In this document: positions 35,101 through 48,470 of the stretch, one piece after another
Layout: every line of letters starts with the position of its first letter
Position numbering within the stretch: position 1 is the first letter of the stretch
Source of the DNA: Gnetum montanum
Taxonomy: Eukaryota > Plantae > Gnetophyta
Direction: 5' to 3'
Length of the DNA: 64,000 nucleotides
Assembly (NCBI GenBank): GCA_015680685.1
Contig: MNCI01001928.1
Span: 62,001-126,000 of the forward strand
Made by a program: the position numbers and the translations under genes
The notes under the pieces: model-generated
Told to the model about the DNA's origin: nothing
The model's input: only the letters and a program-made list of their open reading frames with translations
The model's database searches: none

Positions 35101-36790
35101 TACCCTTTTCCTCTTAGCTTAGATTAGTTAACATTATTTTCCACTGCCATCAGGAGTAGCGTAGAATTAGGACACATCATACACCTCATCTAGACTAAAC
35201 CATATGTGACATATGCAAAACTAGTCTAGGTGGGAAGACAGCGAACTACAACCTAAGGCTAACTATCTAGGTGCCACACTAGTCCATTTGCGGAGTTCGA
35301 CCGGATCGCGCGTGCGACGCTCGTTTCGTATGGTTGAGTGTAGGGTTACCTTGCCACTCATCAAAACCTATTTCATTTTCAACTCTTGCAACAAATGTTT
35401 TGAAAACTAAAAACACTTCATCTTTTAATTTTAGCATATAAACCTAAACCTTTCTTATACAATCATCTATGAAAGTTACAAAATAAAAAAATCCACCAAG
35501 AGAAATGGGAGTCATAGGACCACAAACATTAGAATAGACTAATTCTAACTTATTTTTCTTTCTTCTATCTAGATCCCTACCGAAGGTTACTCTCCTAGAT
35601 TTTCCAACTAAAAAGTCTTTGTAATCAATTTGGGCAAAGGAAAATACAAGAATGAGAGACTAATTTTGAAGTACCTTTAACCCTAACTAACCAATGTGTC
35701 CAAGACCTCTATGCCACACTTTAGAACTTTTTGCATCAAAAACTGCTGCAATAGAGTTGCATGAATCTACCATCAATGTATATAAGTTGTCCTCCTTTCC
35801 TTTCAGAATGGTCATGATTCCCTTAGAAATCCTCCAATGTCCACCTCCACTACTAAAATTCAGACCTAAATCATCTAGCTGTGGAACTGAAATCAACTTC
35901 TTTGTGACTTCAAGAACATGTCTAACATTATCTATTGTCACCTTTGGCATCCCTTCTTGTTGCAAACCTATACTTCCAATTCCAAGAACTTTTAAAGCTT
36001 TTTCATTAACAGCATATACAAGACCAGATTTAACTTCATGATAAGATGTAAAACAAGACTTATCTAAACAAATGTAAAAGGAGGCACCTAAGTCAATCAA
36101 CCAAATGTCACTGCGATGTCCATCTACCATCATTGTACATAGTTCTTGAGCCAAGAAACTAACATTTTCGTTAGCTATAGTTACCTCTAATCTTCCTTCT
36201 TTAGACTTTTTCTCCTTTTCTTTATCTTTTTTTACTTTCCATGCAAAGTAGTCCTTCTTCAAATGATCTTTCTTCTTACAAAACCAACACTCTTGAGTTT
36301 GAATTTTTCCATGTGATACACCTCTATTCCTGTTTCTCCCCCTACTTGGAAAATGTCTTCTACTTCTTTCTCTTTCTTCTGCTGCATGAACATTTCTAGA
36401 TCCAAAAGACTCATCTACTCTTCCTTTTGAATCTTGAAGGGTAGACACAACCTATTCAAATGTCATAAATCAGATATGCATAGATGTAGTAATAGATGTT
36501 ACAATTACAGACTAGGAATTAGGTAAGGAGTTTAACAGAGCATAGGATTTAACTAAATCTAGAATAAAAATTTTATATTCTTCCAACTTATTCAAATTTC
36601 CCATCAACTCATCCAAATGATCTTGGAAAGACACATCAAATCTCTTCTTGCAACTAAAAAATTTATGATAAATATGAAAGGTATTCAAACCTAATACTTT
36701 ATCAAACCTATTCTTCAACATTTGCCACAAATCATGTGGAATCATATCAAGTTTAATTTTTCTCCAATCAGCATTCAACATTCTTACTAG
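32165..36790 (-). pseudogene. pol: Copia D gag-pol polyprotein
   Basis: ORF fragments 36512-36781, 35687-36448, 34037-34387, 33319-33573, 33019-33207, 32662-32916 and 32413-32643 are collinear in copia order. Confidence 0.93.
34540..35363 (+). mobile_element. Young Athila-type solo LTR inserted in the copia D integrase (mostly N)
   Basis: Termini TGATGAG...CTCATCA; TSD agacc/aaacc; removal restores ENEIGLKIKC. Its 3' end resembles the end of LTR A (gtgtaggg...cttgc..ctcat). Confidence 0.85.
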
Positions 36791-36899
36791 TTGAGAGGGT
36801 TCTTAGGTCTCCCGGCACTCCTTTTGTGCAAAAACAACCTTTTCTTTTTTTACCAAAAAACCAAAATACACAAACAAAGGAATTTGATGAGGAATTTAA

Positions 36900-37229
36900 T
36901 TAAGATATTAGGATGATGCAAATACACAAACTTGATGAGTTGTGAATGCCTACACTTGATAAACAATGAATAATAAAGAAAAAATAAATTCATGCATAAT
37001 AAAAATATACTTAATAAAAAATATTTTAGAAGAAAAAATTTTGCTCTACAACAGAAGATTCCATAAATTTCTAGGTAAGAAAAAAATAAAATGGAAAGGT
37101 TCATACCTAGTCTTGGAAGCTTGTGCTAATGGAAGTATTTTAATTGCACCCTTAGAAGACTTATCCAACTCATTTCTAGTTAATCACAAAAGATTAAAAT
37201 ATGACTGCCACCATCAAATTGAAGAGTGA
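36900..37229 (+). pseudogene. Element C integrase C-terminus
   Basis: KILLYNRRFHKFLGKKKIKWKGSY...FLVNHKRLKY, an Athila-type GPY/F region. Confidence 0.82.
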
Positions 37230-38049
37230 AGTAATGATGAGTCAGTAGAGTCAGATAATGTTACCTATACAACTAATGAAATAAAAGATGATAATAATAA
37301 TAATCATCTTGAGGTAAAAATGGTTGAGAGTGATGTTTGTTTAGAACCAAATTGTACAATAATTTAGACAATTAAAAGATAACCAATAGATAACAAATTT
37401 TACCTTGAAAATGTAAAGGGCAATAAATAATCCTATTGCAATTAGGACAATAAAGAATTTAGTAGTATTATGTTTGAAATACAGAGGAGAATGAAAACTC
37501 CATTTCTTTTGAGATGGATAAGTTTAAATCTAGAATCCACCTAGGGGTGAATCTTAGAAAAATAAATGTATCATTTTACTTGCTTAACATAGTTATTTAT
37601 TGATAGAATTTCTTTAAGAAGAATACATACTTCCTTGAATAATAAGTATAGGGTAACATGGAATAATAGTTTGAAACGTTAAAAAGACCATAATTTATCA
37701 AGTTTAATTTTGGATGATAATCTAAGTTGATCAATGAGGTGAAAATGGTAGGTTATGTTTAGACTAGAATCTAGTGGTAAATGCATCCTCATGAATCAAA
37801 CCAGTGCTTAGTGAGTAACCCACAATTATTACAAGAAATTAGCTTTAAAAAAGACCCTAATAATAATCTTACAATTGGGGTGATTAATCAAATATTATAA
37901 ACAAACTTCTTACCTCACAAGAATCCCTAATTGGAAGAAAGGTCAGGCTCACCACAACAACCTTACAATTGAAGTAAGCCATCAATATTATTTTTTGGAA
38001 GGGGGGAGCGGAGTGTCAAATTTCAAAAAAAAATGAATAATAATATTTA

Positions 38050-41000
38050 AAAAATCATAGTACATCAAATCATTGAAGAGAGAGTTTAAAGAAAAAGTCC
38101 AATGATTTTGGAAATGCCTTTTCAGATTTTCATCCCTAAAACCAATCCTGAAAAACATCCGCTCTAGGGTAGGAAAAGGATAAGGCCTTGCCCTTATTCA
38201 GAAGTACCCTCATGGATTTTCTCTTCTTCCTAAATTTTTTCTTGTAAAGAGAAGGAGAAAACTCTCTATAAAGAAAAAAGAATACATTAAATAGAAATAA
38301 AGAACACATAGTAACAAAACCTAAATGCTTTTCATCCTTAAGCCTTTAAAAAAATAATTAATATTGTAGAAAATAAATTAATTATTTATCTTTTACTGGG
38401 AACTTTTTTGCTTAAAGTTGTAGTTGAAAAGAGACATCATTGAGAATTTGGTATTTAAGACCTCAAGAGATATCATAGTTATGCTCTTGTTGCTAGAAAA
38501 CAATTGCATATTGAACCTTCCAAATATAGTAGAGAATAAGTGATTGAAGATAATTTCAAATGTAGAGAAATGAAGTAGATAAAACAAGTTTATCATCAAG
38601 AATGACTTCATTGATGCTTGGTTGAAAGTTATTGCAAATTTTGAATGTACATTTCCAAGCATGCTGAGTAACAAGACACTAAACAAAATGAAAAATTGAG
38701 TCTTCATTTCTACAAAGAGGACATTGAGATGAAACATTTACCAAATGTCTAACCTTAGTATTGATAGAAAGACCTTGATGAATAAGACACTATAGAAAAT
38801 GAATTTTGGAAAATGTAGGAGCTTTTCAAATATCTTTTATTTTCCTCATCCAAAAGTATGATGATAATTGCAATTGTCAAGCCTTATTAAATTTATTATA
38901 AATAAAATCATTCTTTATAATAATCTCATAAGAAGCTTTTTAATTAAAAGGAAAAACATATTTTTCATCTTTCTAGAAAATATGTGGAAAAGCCTGATCA
39001 AATTATTGTTAACTTTAAATAAATTCTTAGGATTAGAAATTAATTTTCAAAATTATTTTTCAATATTTTATTCAACACATAAAGGCTAGAAGCTTCCTTC
39101 TAAGTAATCCATCTATCATATATATGAAGACAAGAAACTATAGTGATATTAAATCTACTCCAAGTGATACACAATCTAGATGCATTAATAGCCCAAGCTC
39201 GTTCATTAAAAGAAAGCCACCATGGACTAATTTGTTTAAGCATATCTTCTGAAACTATACTATGATTGTAATTCCAATATTTACTAAACTTACACTATGT
39301 CTTCAAAATTTGTTTAAGAATTGGAGAACCAGAAATAGAAATGGCCTAAGAAAAAAGAAGATAATGAAGAAAGTTATTAGAAGATTAACTATTATCATCT
39401 TAGTTTTTTCTTACATAAGTCTATTTCTTAAAAGGAGCATCCAAACATCATCTCCATTAATGCACTTTGTAATCCATTTTTTATAAAAGAAATACCCTAG
39501 TTATAACAATTAATGAGGCCAAGGTTTTCATCTTTCTTACTACTAGTGCAAGGATCCTAAGTATAGAAAAAAAAATTCTATGTTGCTTAACAAACTAAAG
39601 AAACCAATAGATAATATGATCAATTATCTCATAAGAAGTTTTAGAAGGAGCCCAAGAACTGGAGTAATAAACATGAGTTAAATGAAGCATTTACTTAATA
39701 ACTAAAAATTTTCTAGTAAGGGTGAGCTTTCTTTGTTTCCACTTATCAAACTTCCTTTAAATTTTATCAACACAAAATAGTAAGATTAGGCTCAAGAAAA
39801 AAGGGTTTTCCTAAAATTTTAAAGACAATATTTTTTCAAGATTGTTTTAAGGATTGAGAGTAACTCACCATTAATATTGCCATTATAATAAATAGTAGTT
39901 TTTTACCAATTGATCTAAGAGTAAGATAATAAGTAGTAATCCTCCACTCTAGCTAAAAGAGTATTAACATGTTGCAAAGAATTATTGATCATAAAAAAAT
40001 CATCTACGAAGTACATGTCAAGCAATTGTGTACCTTGATCATCAATTAAAATTCTCTTAATGAAATTCCTTTGTAGATCATAATCTAGATTATGTGAAAG
40101 AAAATATATAGTAATAATTAAAAAAATAGGAAGCTAAAGGAAAACCTTGACAAACTAAACATTGAAGAGAAAAGAAGGAACTTAATAAAAAATTAGAAGC
40201 AACTAAAGCATTAGCATCAATGAGTAAGCTACAAACAAGTTGAATAAAATAATCATCAAATCCCAGTTTATAGAGATAAAAAATGAAATTCCATTTAATC
40301 CTATCATAAAATTTGACATAATGTAACTTAATAAAAAATAATATCTTGGTTAGTATCAAATCCCAGTACATTTCCTTATAACTTGCAATAACATTATTTA
40401 AGATATGTCTACCTTTAACCAAACTAGTCCACTCATGTCTGATGATATCTTTAATAACCTCATGCATTTAGCTAAAATTTTATAAGTATTATTAAGAAGA
40501 GTAATAGGTCTCGAATTACTAATAATTTGAAGATCTTCATTCTTAGGAAGAAGATGAATCATAACTTTATTAATATTTTACTAAGAGAAAACTTTTTAAT
40601 GGCTTCTTGGGAAACATAAAAGAGATTATCTTCAATGATATACCAATGCTTCATAAAATATTTAATAAGAAAACAATCGAAACCTAAAGCTTTACCATAT
40701 GCTAAACTAAAGGCGACTACTTTGATCTCTTCCACTATAATTTTTGCTTTAAGAATACTTTGATGTGCTTCTATTATAAGATGAAGAATATGTAAACTAG
40801 AGGCCTAAAAGGATTTTTTACTAAAACCTTTAGAAGGAAAAAAAAGAAAAATGACTTAGTAAAAAACCATTAGTAGTCTTAAGATATTTAATGATGAAGT
40901 CATTTATATAAAGTGATTCTAGTTTAGGTACTTAGCCCTTTTTTTTAGAAATTTTAAAAATTCCTTATAAGGTTCATCTTTAATTTTTAACCAACCCATG

Positions 41001-43250
41001 GGAATTTTAGTAAGGTTACTTTTCACTTCAAAAGTACCCGACTATTATTTAACATAATGAGCTTTAGCTAAGACTTTTGAGTTTCAAAATCAAAGGGATT
41101 CTAGTCTAAAAGAATTTGCATTTACTTTATAGATTTGTAAGATCTTCTTCAACTTGATGCTTATGCTTAGCAAATTGCTTTCCAAACCATCTAGCATAAT
41201 TTATGACTCTATAAGTAGTCGATTGTGATTAATCAATCCAACCAATACCACTAGTAAGCTTCTTTTCTATATTTCATAAAGACTTCAAAATATTAGTATT
41301 GATACAAAAATTCTCATGTTTTTGAACTAATGAAGAATTAATACTAGAGAGAAAAATGCTAATAGAAAAATGATCTAACAAAGTAGCATCTATATGCACT
41401 TCCACGTTTCTTGTAGGCTTCTAAAAGGATATATTAAAGATGTAAAAGCTATCAAGTTGACAATAAATTATTTCATTTTCTTATTAATAGTTATACCAAG
41501 TATAATTCTTCTTATTTGAATGAGATGAGAATAAAGAGCTAACATCAAGACAAAAGTAATTTTCTTTCAAATTACACCAATCTTCTTTTTTGGAGAAGAT
41601 ATATTAGAAGAAAGATCTTCAAATTTATATAAATGACTTTCAACCATATTGAAATCACCTCCAATAATCCAAGGAACTTTAGGCAAAATAGAATATATTT
41701 CCAAATCTCTTATTAATCTTTTAAATTATTAGGAGCATAAATATTATATAGGCCAAAGTCACCTTTTTCACTATGACAAATCATCCAAATAACTTTTTCA
41801 AGGTTGTCAAAACTAAAATTCAAAACTTTTCTAGTCCAATTTTTATTAACAAGAATAGAAACACCTCTTATATTAACATCATGAGAAGTACAAAAAACAA
41901 TGCAATTTTTTAAAATGAATTTATTCAAAAAACTAATATCATAAGATGAAATCTTAATTTCTTATAAGAAAAGAAAATCTAAAGATAAATGTTAGTTTGA
42001 AAGATACTTCTTGACAACCTTTACTCTAGACCTATCAAAAAATCCTTGAATCTATCATGATAAAACTAACATTGAGATGTGGGGGAGTTGACCCCCATCT
42101 TTAATTTTTCAATCTCAAAATTTATCTCATAATCCATGTATATAATAACTGAAAAAGCATTATTTGATAAATAAACATTTGAAATAGTAGTACAAGTAGA
42201 AAGAGAATGAGATACCTTTGGGGTTTTAAAATTGAAAGTAGTAGTTGTAGGTCTCTTCTTTTTATGTTGCATCGAGTAAAATCCATCTACATCAATATTA
42301 TCATTTTTGGTTCCTACTAAAAATTTGTTTTTTTCTAAAGAGGAATTCCCTTTAGATATCATGAGTTTACTAATACCTTTAGAGTTAAAAGGCCTAGTAA
42401 AAGTCTAAGAACTTATTGGAGAAGATTTCATTTGTGCTTCTTAAAAATTACCATTATTTTTCTTTTCTATAAATCATTGTTTCTATTCTTCACAAATCAC
42501 TTTTCTTATTAAGATTAGAATACATTCCAATAACATGGTCTTTATGATGATAATAGCTGCAACATCCTTGTAAATTATAATATGTAATGTTTTAAAGCAA
42601 AACACTGATTATAGGCCTTTAGTTTTAATTTTATCTTCTTTTGCCATATATCAATCTTTATAAAATAACATGTGTTCTACACACAATGTAGTGATGTTTT
42701 TAACTCTATCTTCATGATTGTACCAATGCTACTAACAATTTCACTTTCAACACCTTGAAAATAAAAGGAATATTTTCTAATTCAATCCAACAAATAATTT
42801 TATAATAATTAGAAGAATATAAATCAAAATTTACTTTTCATTCCTGAGTAATAAAAGTATTACATTGATCCATAAAAACTTTAAGATCTAATGATTTCTC
42901 AACAATTTCAGAATTTGCTAGTTTGACAAGCAAAAAAGATTTAGAGAAATAGTAGGAATGAAAAACATTAATTCTATAACATTCAAGGATGGCTTAAATC
43001 ACTAATGTAAAACCCTTATTTAGGTAAAAAAATCCAATAATTTGTAGAAATATGTATTATGGTATGATATCTTTTGATAAGGATTCATATAAATCATTAG
43101 GTAAAAAAATCGAAAACTTTAGAATTGTTCATAATCTCTACAATCTAAGAGACATTAGAATTTTTCATCTTTAAATCATTCCTTGCCAAAAAAAATTTGC
43201 TATAAAAACTTCATTAGAAACCCTTGATATCAACAAACCATTGAGAGAAT
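38050..43250 (-). mobile_element. L1-clade LINE, decayed, apparently near full length (ORF1 and ORF2 EN-RT)
   Basis: Endonuclease motifs NIYAPN, WIIGGDFNMVE and LDHF at ~41350-42060. RT motifs RPITLLNNTYKILAK, GRHILNN, KFYDRIKWNF, QGFPLAS and YFVDD at ~39600-40750. ORF1-like region at ~42070-43240. Ends and TSD not resolved. Confidence 0.88.
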
Positions 43251-43280
43251 TCATCACACAAAACCTCCAGGCCATAAATT

Positions 43281-43304
43281 TGTGTGTGTGTGTGTGTGTG
43301 TGTG
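43281..43304 (+). repeat. (TG)n microsatellite
   Basis: About 12 consecutive TG units. Confidence 0.95.
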
Positions 43305-43618
43305 ATGGTGCTTTATGCTCACTACAAGATGTTTTGCACCCTGCAAGAACCTCATTCTATAAGTTAAACTATTGGGTAGAGTGGTAGTTAATTTTTCAAG
43401 TTTGATCATGCAACTACCATGGATTACTAGGGCACAACACTGGCTAAAGTAGGTATTGTTCATGGTGCTTTACACTCACTACAAAATGTTTTGCATCCTA
43501 CAAGAACCTCATTCTATAAGTTAAACTATTGGGTAGAATCGTAGTTAATTTTTCAAGTTTGATCATGCAACTACCATGGATTACTAGGGCACAACACTAG
43601 CTAAAGTAGGTATTGTTC
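43305..43618 (+). repeat. 157-bp tandem duplication
   Basis: atggtgcttta...aggtattgttc occurs at 43305-43461 and 43462-43618 with few mismatches. Confidence 0.95.
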
Positions 43619-45008
43619 AGCTTAGTTAAGTAATCTGATGGAAGGCTTGATAGTTTTAGGGTCATTATCAACTTCAATTTTTTATATCATTATATCCAAA
43701 ATAATTATATTTGATCAAGTGAGTAGAAGTTATTTTCCTCTTTTCTTTCTCAAATTTTCTTACTATGCCATCCAAGTATCTTGCTGCTTAGGGTTCTTTC
43801 TTTAAAATGTAATATTTGTAGTAAATTATGTTAATACAATTAACATACTTCATCCTATGTATTATACATCATATCTACTTGGTAATTGTTAGAGTGAAAG
43901 TGATTAAATATCTTTGTACTTATGTATGGCTTCCCAAAGTGCTTATCCATAAGTGTTAGCAATTCAAATTCCTACTATGGTACTTGCATTAAGAATACAA
44001 ACCTTTCAATATTTAGAGTTCACTCTTCTATCAATTATAGTTGAGAGTATATAAAATTTGTGACACTATTGCCATTGGTCTACTCTTTGAGCTAAGTATG
44101 AACTTAATAAATTACAAATTTTCATCTAATTAACCTAAGTTTAGGAAATAACCTAGCTAAATTAAAGCGGTGAGTAAGCCATTATACAAGTTAGAGAAAG
44201 TGGGGTATAACCAACTTGGAAGTTGATCCAAGATCAAGTTAGGGAATGACTTCATTATATTAAATGCATCTTGGATCCTTAAAACATAGTAAAGGTTGAA
44301 ATCTTAAGGTTGTAAGTTATCCTCCTAATGAAAGAAGCAAACCTTCTAATGAAAAGTTTCATCCAAGTAATCCTAAGATGAACCTTTCTAACTGAGTTAT
44401 ATCTAGAACCTCAATTAAATAAACACTTAGCCTTGGATGATGCAATTAATGGATAATATGTAAGTTGTTAATTAATTAATTAAAAATTTAAATTAAATAA
44501 ATGAATTTAAAATAAAAAATAATATTGATACCCATTGCATTTGACAATGATAGATGATAAAAATTTATATATTTTAAGGGACATCACTTAAGTTATGTCA
44601 ATTAATTAGCAATTAGAAGAAAATTCTTAGAGTTTAAACATATAGCGATAAACATTGCTAAAGTGATGTCAAGTGATATATCTTAAGTGGATTACTCAGC
44701 ATATAGTTGTTAAGTATTGATTCAATGATAAGAAATGATAAATTTATATGAACATATCACTTTTCATCATAAAAATTGATGTCAAGCAATACAATAGACA
44801 AAAAAAAACCAAAGCTATGACAATTTGACAACATTAGAGTGCTATGAATTGATATAAAATATTTCAATTCTAATCGATTGGGCAATAAAAATGGATCCAA
44901 ATCAAATCAATTTATACTGACTTAGAGACAAGAAATGATATAGTAAAATGTGTTATATATATATATATATATAATAGTAACAGTAACATGATGCATTATT
45001 TATAAAAA

Positions 45009-46443
45009 ATGGAAACTGAGGTTTGAGATAGCAACTCTAGAGGCATAGCCATAAGAACCCTCCAACCTCTAGGTCCACCTATTCTCTTCCAAGAATAGTA
45101 ACCCTACAACTACCAACAAGTCCTACAAACCTCTCTATTAGTGGAAAGGTTAGACTAGTGAGTCCGAAAGGGGTGTGATTACTCTAAACAAGGATAAGCT
45201 AGCAAGTCCACCACCTTAGATAAAGCTAAGTACATATGAGTAGGCCTTACGTTAAAAGAATAGTAATTTTTTTATTACTTTGACCCAATAGATTAAAATC
45301 CTTTATTCCTTTCTAGGACATAACCTCAAGTAATTAGCTACAAATGACCAAATCTTGCATAGGCACATAAGGCAAGGTAACAATTGGTTGCATTATTGAA
45401 GAAAGCACTAATAATTTTATCCTTCTTAATGATCTTTTTCTATTTTAAGAGACTCTATGGATTGAGCTACTAAAAATTGCTCAATATTTCCTAAAGGCAA
45501 ACTTTACAAAAAGGTTTGAGACCACTAATTCTACTATTTGATAGTACATCAAGGCCTTAGGTTGTGTGCCATTTATCAAACTCCTAATTGATTGGTTCTA
45601 TCATGAGAAAATTTTTGAATTTTATAGAAATCTCAAGAATAAGCCAAAAGAGTGATACTTAGTTTCATCTGTGAGGAAAACAAAGATAAGACTTATGACC
45701 ACACAACTTTGAAAGTGGTTTGAGTTTTCTAAAGAAGGAGAAGACACCTTCAAAGTCAAGTCTAGCATGGAGGAAAAATACAATTTATTTCACCTGTTCT
45801 TCAATGATACCAACAACTTTGGGATATATCCACAAGGTAAGAAGATCATGAACACAGTGTCCTAGCAAGAATGGTGGCAATGAATGTGTTATTATTAACA
45901 TATTTCATATGTTTTGAGTCTAGCGTTATGAAGACGTTGATGTACATGGAGAATGTTAACTATGCTTACCTACTTGTTTGCTACTAGTCTACCATCATGA
46001 CAATGAGGGACTATATCTAAATTTTATTTTTCTAATTTTTGCTATTCTCAGGAAGGTAGGGGTTCTAGAACCAATGACTAGGCACTCTTTTACTATTCAA
46101 GAAAGAGCACATGAGAAGATCATTTAAGATCTTTACCAAATTATGACCATTCATTAAAGAATCTGAAGATTGAGGCTCTATGATCATTAGCATGGAACTA
46201 AGGACTAAGCCTTTTGGATAGAGATGAGGCAATAGTTACAAGATCTTTAGGCTAAGCAACAAGCAATTTTGACTACCCTATAAAAGCTAGCATCAACTTT
46301 GTGAGCTATGGACAAATGCATGGTAACCATAGAGAAGTAGTTTAGACCACCTATCCAAGATGATGAAGAAGGTGATGAGCCTTATTACTTTGAAAAAGAA
46401 AGTACAGAAGTAGAGGGTGGATCTAAGATTTGAAAGGCTAATA
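45009..46443 (+). pseudogene. Probable extra ORF of element C (same class as 18468-21350), very decayed
   Basis: VNYAYLLV...LIFAILRKVGV at 45950-46065 parallels INLPQLI...LIKKLCKREGI of A. Acidic C-terminus; located between INT and the putative LTR. Confidence 0.45.
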
Positions 46444-47243
46444 AATAGTTGTTTATTTTTTATGTTATTTTATAATGCTTGAGATGCCAATTTTGATTCA
46501 TAGATGTAACACAATGGCTAGGGGTAATATTTTCTTTCATTGTCATTCTTAATGAATAAGCACTGAATTATGTAAGTTATTAGTGATGACTCTAGTATTT
46601 TATGGTAAGAAACATTGGTAATGATTTTGCTTAGACATTATGTTTACTATTTAATGCAAATTGATTATGTCTTGGAATTAATTATTATATTTTGATGAAT
46701 GCATTTAGTATGAATTAAAAGTTAGCATGGTTATAGTTAATAAATCTATTTCTAGTGTTGGAGTTACAATTTTTTTTTAATTATTGACTTTATCTCAATA
46801 TATGATAAGAGGAGGAAATTGTTATTTGGTTAGAATAGTGAACTAATTTTTCCTAGATTTTAAGTATAACTTTTATTCAAATTAATTACAACTATGGAAG
46901 ACTGTGTTATGAATCATCTATGGTTTTGACACAGGCCAAAATCTAGGATAGTTTTGATGTCACTTTGAACATTTCTTAGGAAGAATAATGCATATTAGAA
47001 TATTTTGTACATTTTTGTGGAATTGGATATTAGGAATGCATTCTTTTTTATTAGTATATTGTTATCCCCTACAAAGTGATATTAGTAATAAAGGATCCTA
47101 TATGCTTAAGATGTTTTGGAAATAGTATTTATAGATCTATGTTTGCTTAGGTTGATGATATAAAATAGAATGTATTATTATTGAAGTACTTAATTTTATT
47201 TCTATCTTGTTAATCAAGTACTGACCAAAGGCTAGCTAGGGGT

Positions 47244-48390
47244 TGTGTTTAAATGCTTAGCATTACCCACACGATCAATTAAAATGTCTTGTATTTTTTT
47301 TATTACTTTTTTATAACTCTAGGAAATAATTGAATTGATCCTTAGCAATAAGAAACTAATCCTATTTTGAAGCAATATCTCACAAGACAACATTGCAATG
47401 ATAACTAGTGAAGAAGACTAAATTCCACATTGATGATCATTGCAAAAGTGATAAAAATGATATGTTTAGAATCCAACACAAGATTAAACATATTGATCAA
47501 CATTAACCAAGTAACATCAGGTAATAAGAAAGAAGTAACAAATTAATTTAGATCATGCTAATGATAGAAATTGACATGATTTGCTTTGAAATCTACTCAT
47601 CAATCTCAATTAACCTAGTGATAGGTAGCAATCATCATCAAACCATTAGACCTTAATCAAGTGACATCAATTGACATGTCAAAATACTAAATGAGGTTTA
47701 ATTGACATCAATTGACATATTTCCCTACATCATTGGAGAGGTTCCTAAGGATACTATAGTGTTCAAAGGTTACATGACATCCCATGACAATCATTCCTTC
47801 TATGTCAATCACTATTACCAATGGTGACATCCAATGATATCATTGTATCATTTTGTTTTAATCATCTTTTGTTAATATTTACCTTCATTTTGAGTTGCAT
47901 TCTATGTCTAAAAGATGCCTTAGGCATAGTGCATAGGATAACAATTCATACCTCTTCAAGATTCCAAGTCCTATTGAAGAATTTTCAAATTTTCCAAGAA
48001 TTATAAGAAGCTAGTTAAACATTGTGGTAACTCATCAATCATTAGAGTCCACAATGGGCTATTGAGGTTATTGCATCATGAAGGTAGGATCAAAAATTAG
48101 ATCATATCTCCCTTATGCTCTTTGTATTTTATACTTATTCACTTCAATCTGATTTAATTATTAATTTCCATTTTAAGTTTATGTTAGAAGAAAAATGAGA
48201 GTTTGTAATTTGACTTATGTGTAATAGACATAACTGTAAAATTAATTTGGGGTTAAGTTCTAATTATTTCTTTGGTCTTGATGACTTTTTGAACATTAAC
48301 CATTCCTCCATAGATAAAACTCATTGTTTGGTCATAGATAAGATGATATTTCTACAATGAGAGCAATCTAGCACAAAATTTTGGCAAGCT
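47244..48390 (+). repeat. Possible 3' LTR of element C
   Basis: Follows tagctagggg and contains repeated tgacatcaattgac near-palindromes. No partner LTR found. Confidence 0.35.
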
Positions 48391-48470
48391 TTTTCGTATT
48401 TTCCTTAAGAATTAGTGTAGAGAAAAATACCAAAATTACTTGTTCAAGTAGAAATATATAATCTTAATAC

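Larger units (their letters stand above)
31493..36790 (-). mobile_element. Ty1/copia LTR retrotransposon D (Tnt1/Tork-like), 5' LTR missing
   Basis: Minus-strand gag knuckle CWFCKKKDH, PR WLIDLGAS, WHRGLGHIG, INT TDNGGEY, RT FKAKLVVKGYAQKPGI/LYVADM/MKDLG, RH GFVDSNF..LSTTKSKY; PPT agggggag at 32138-32145. Confidence 0.93.
27400..48390 (+). mobile_element. Old Athila-like Ty3/gypsy element C, fragmented by SINE, copia D and LINE insertions
   Basis: Collinear gag, PR, RT, RH, INT N-terminus (to ~31430) and INT C-terminus (36900-37229), then a probable extra ORF and LTR. Assigning the parts right of the LINE to C is inference. Confidence 0.65.

Noticed and set aside
44954-44973. (TA)10 microsatellite
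   Set aside because: Real but unremarkable in AT-rich TE DNA.
25573-48390. 25573 and ~47244 as an LTR pair of element C
   Set aside because: Only the first ~12 nt look alike; no extended alignment, PBS or TSD was found.
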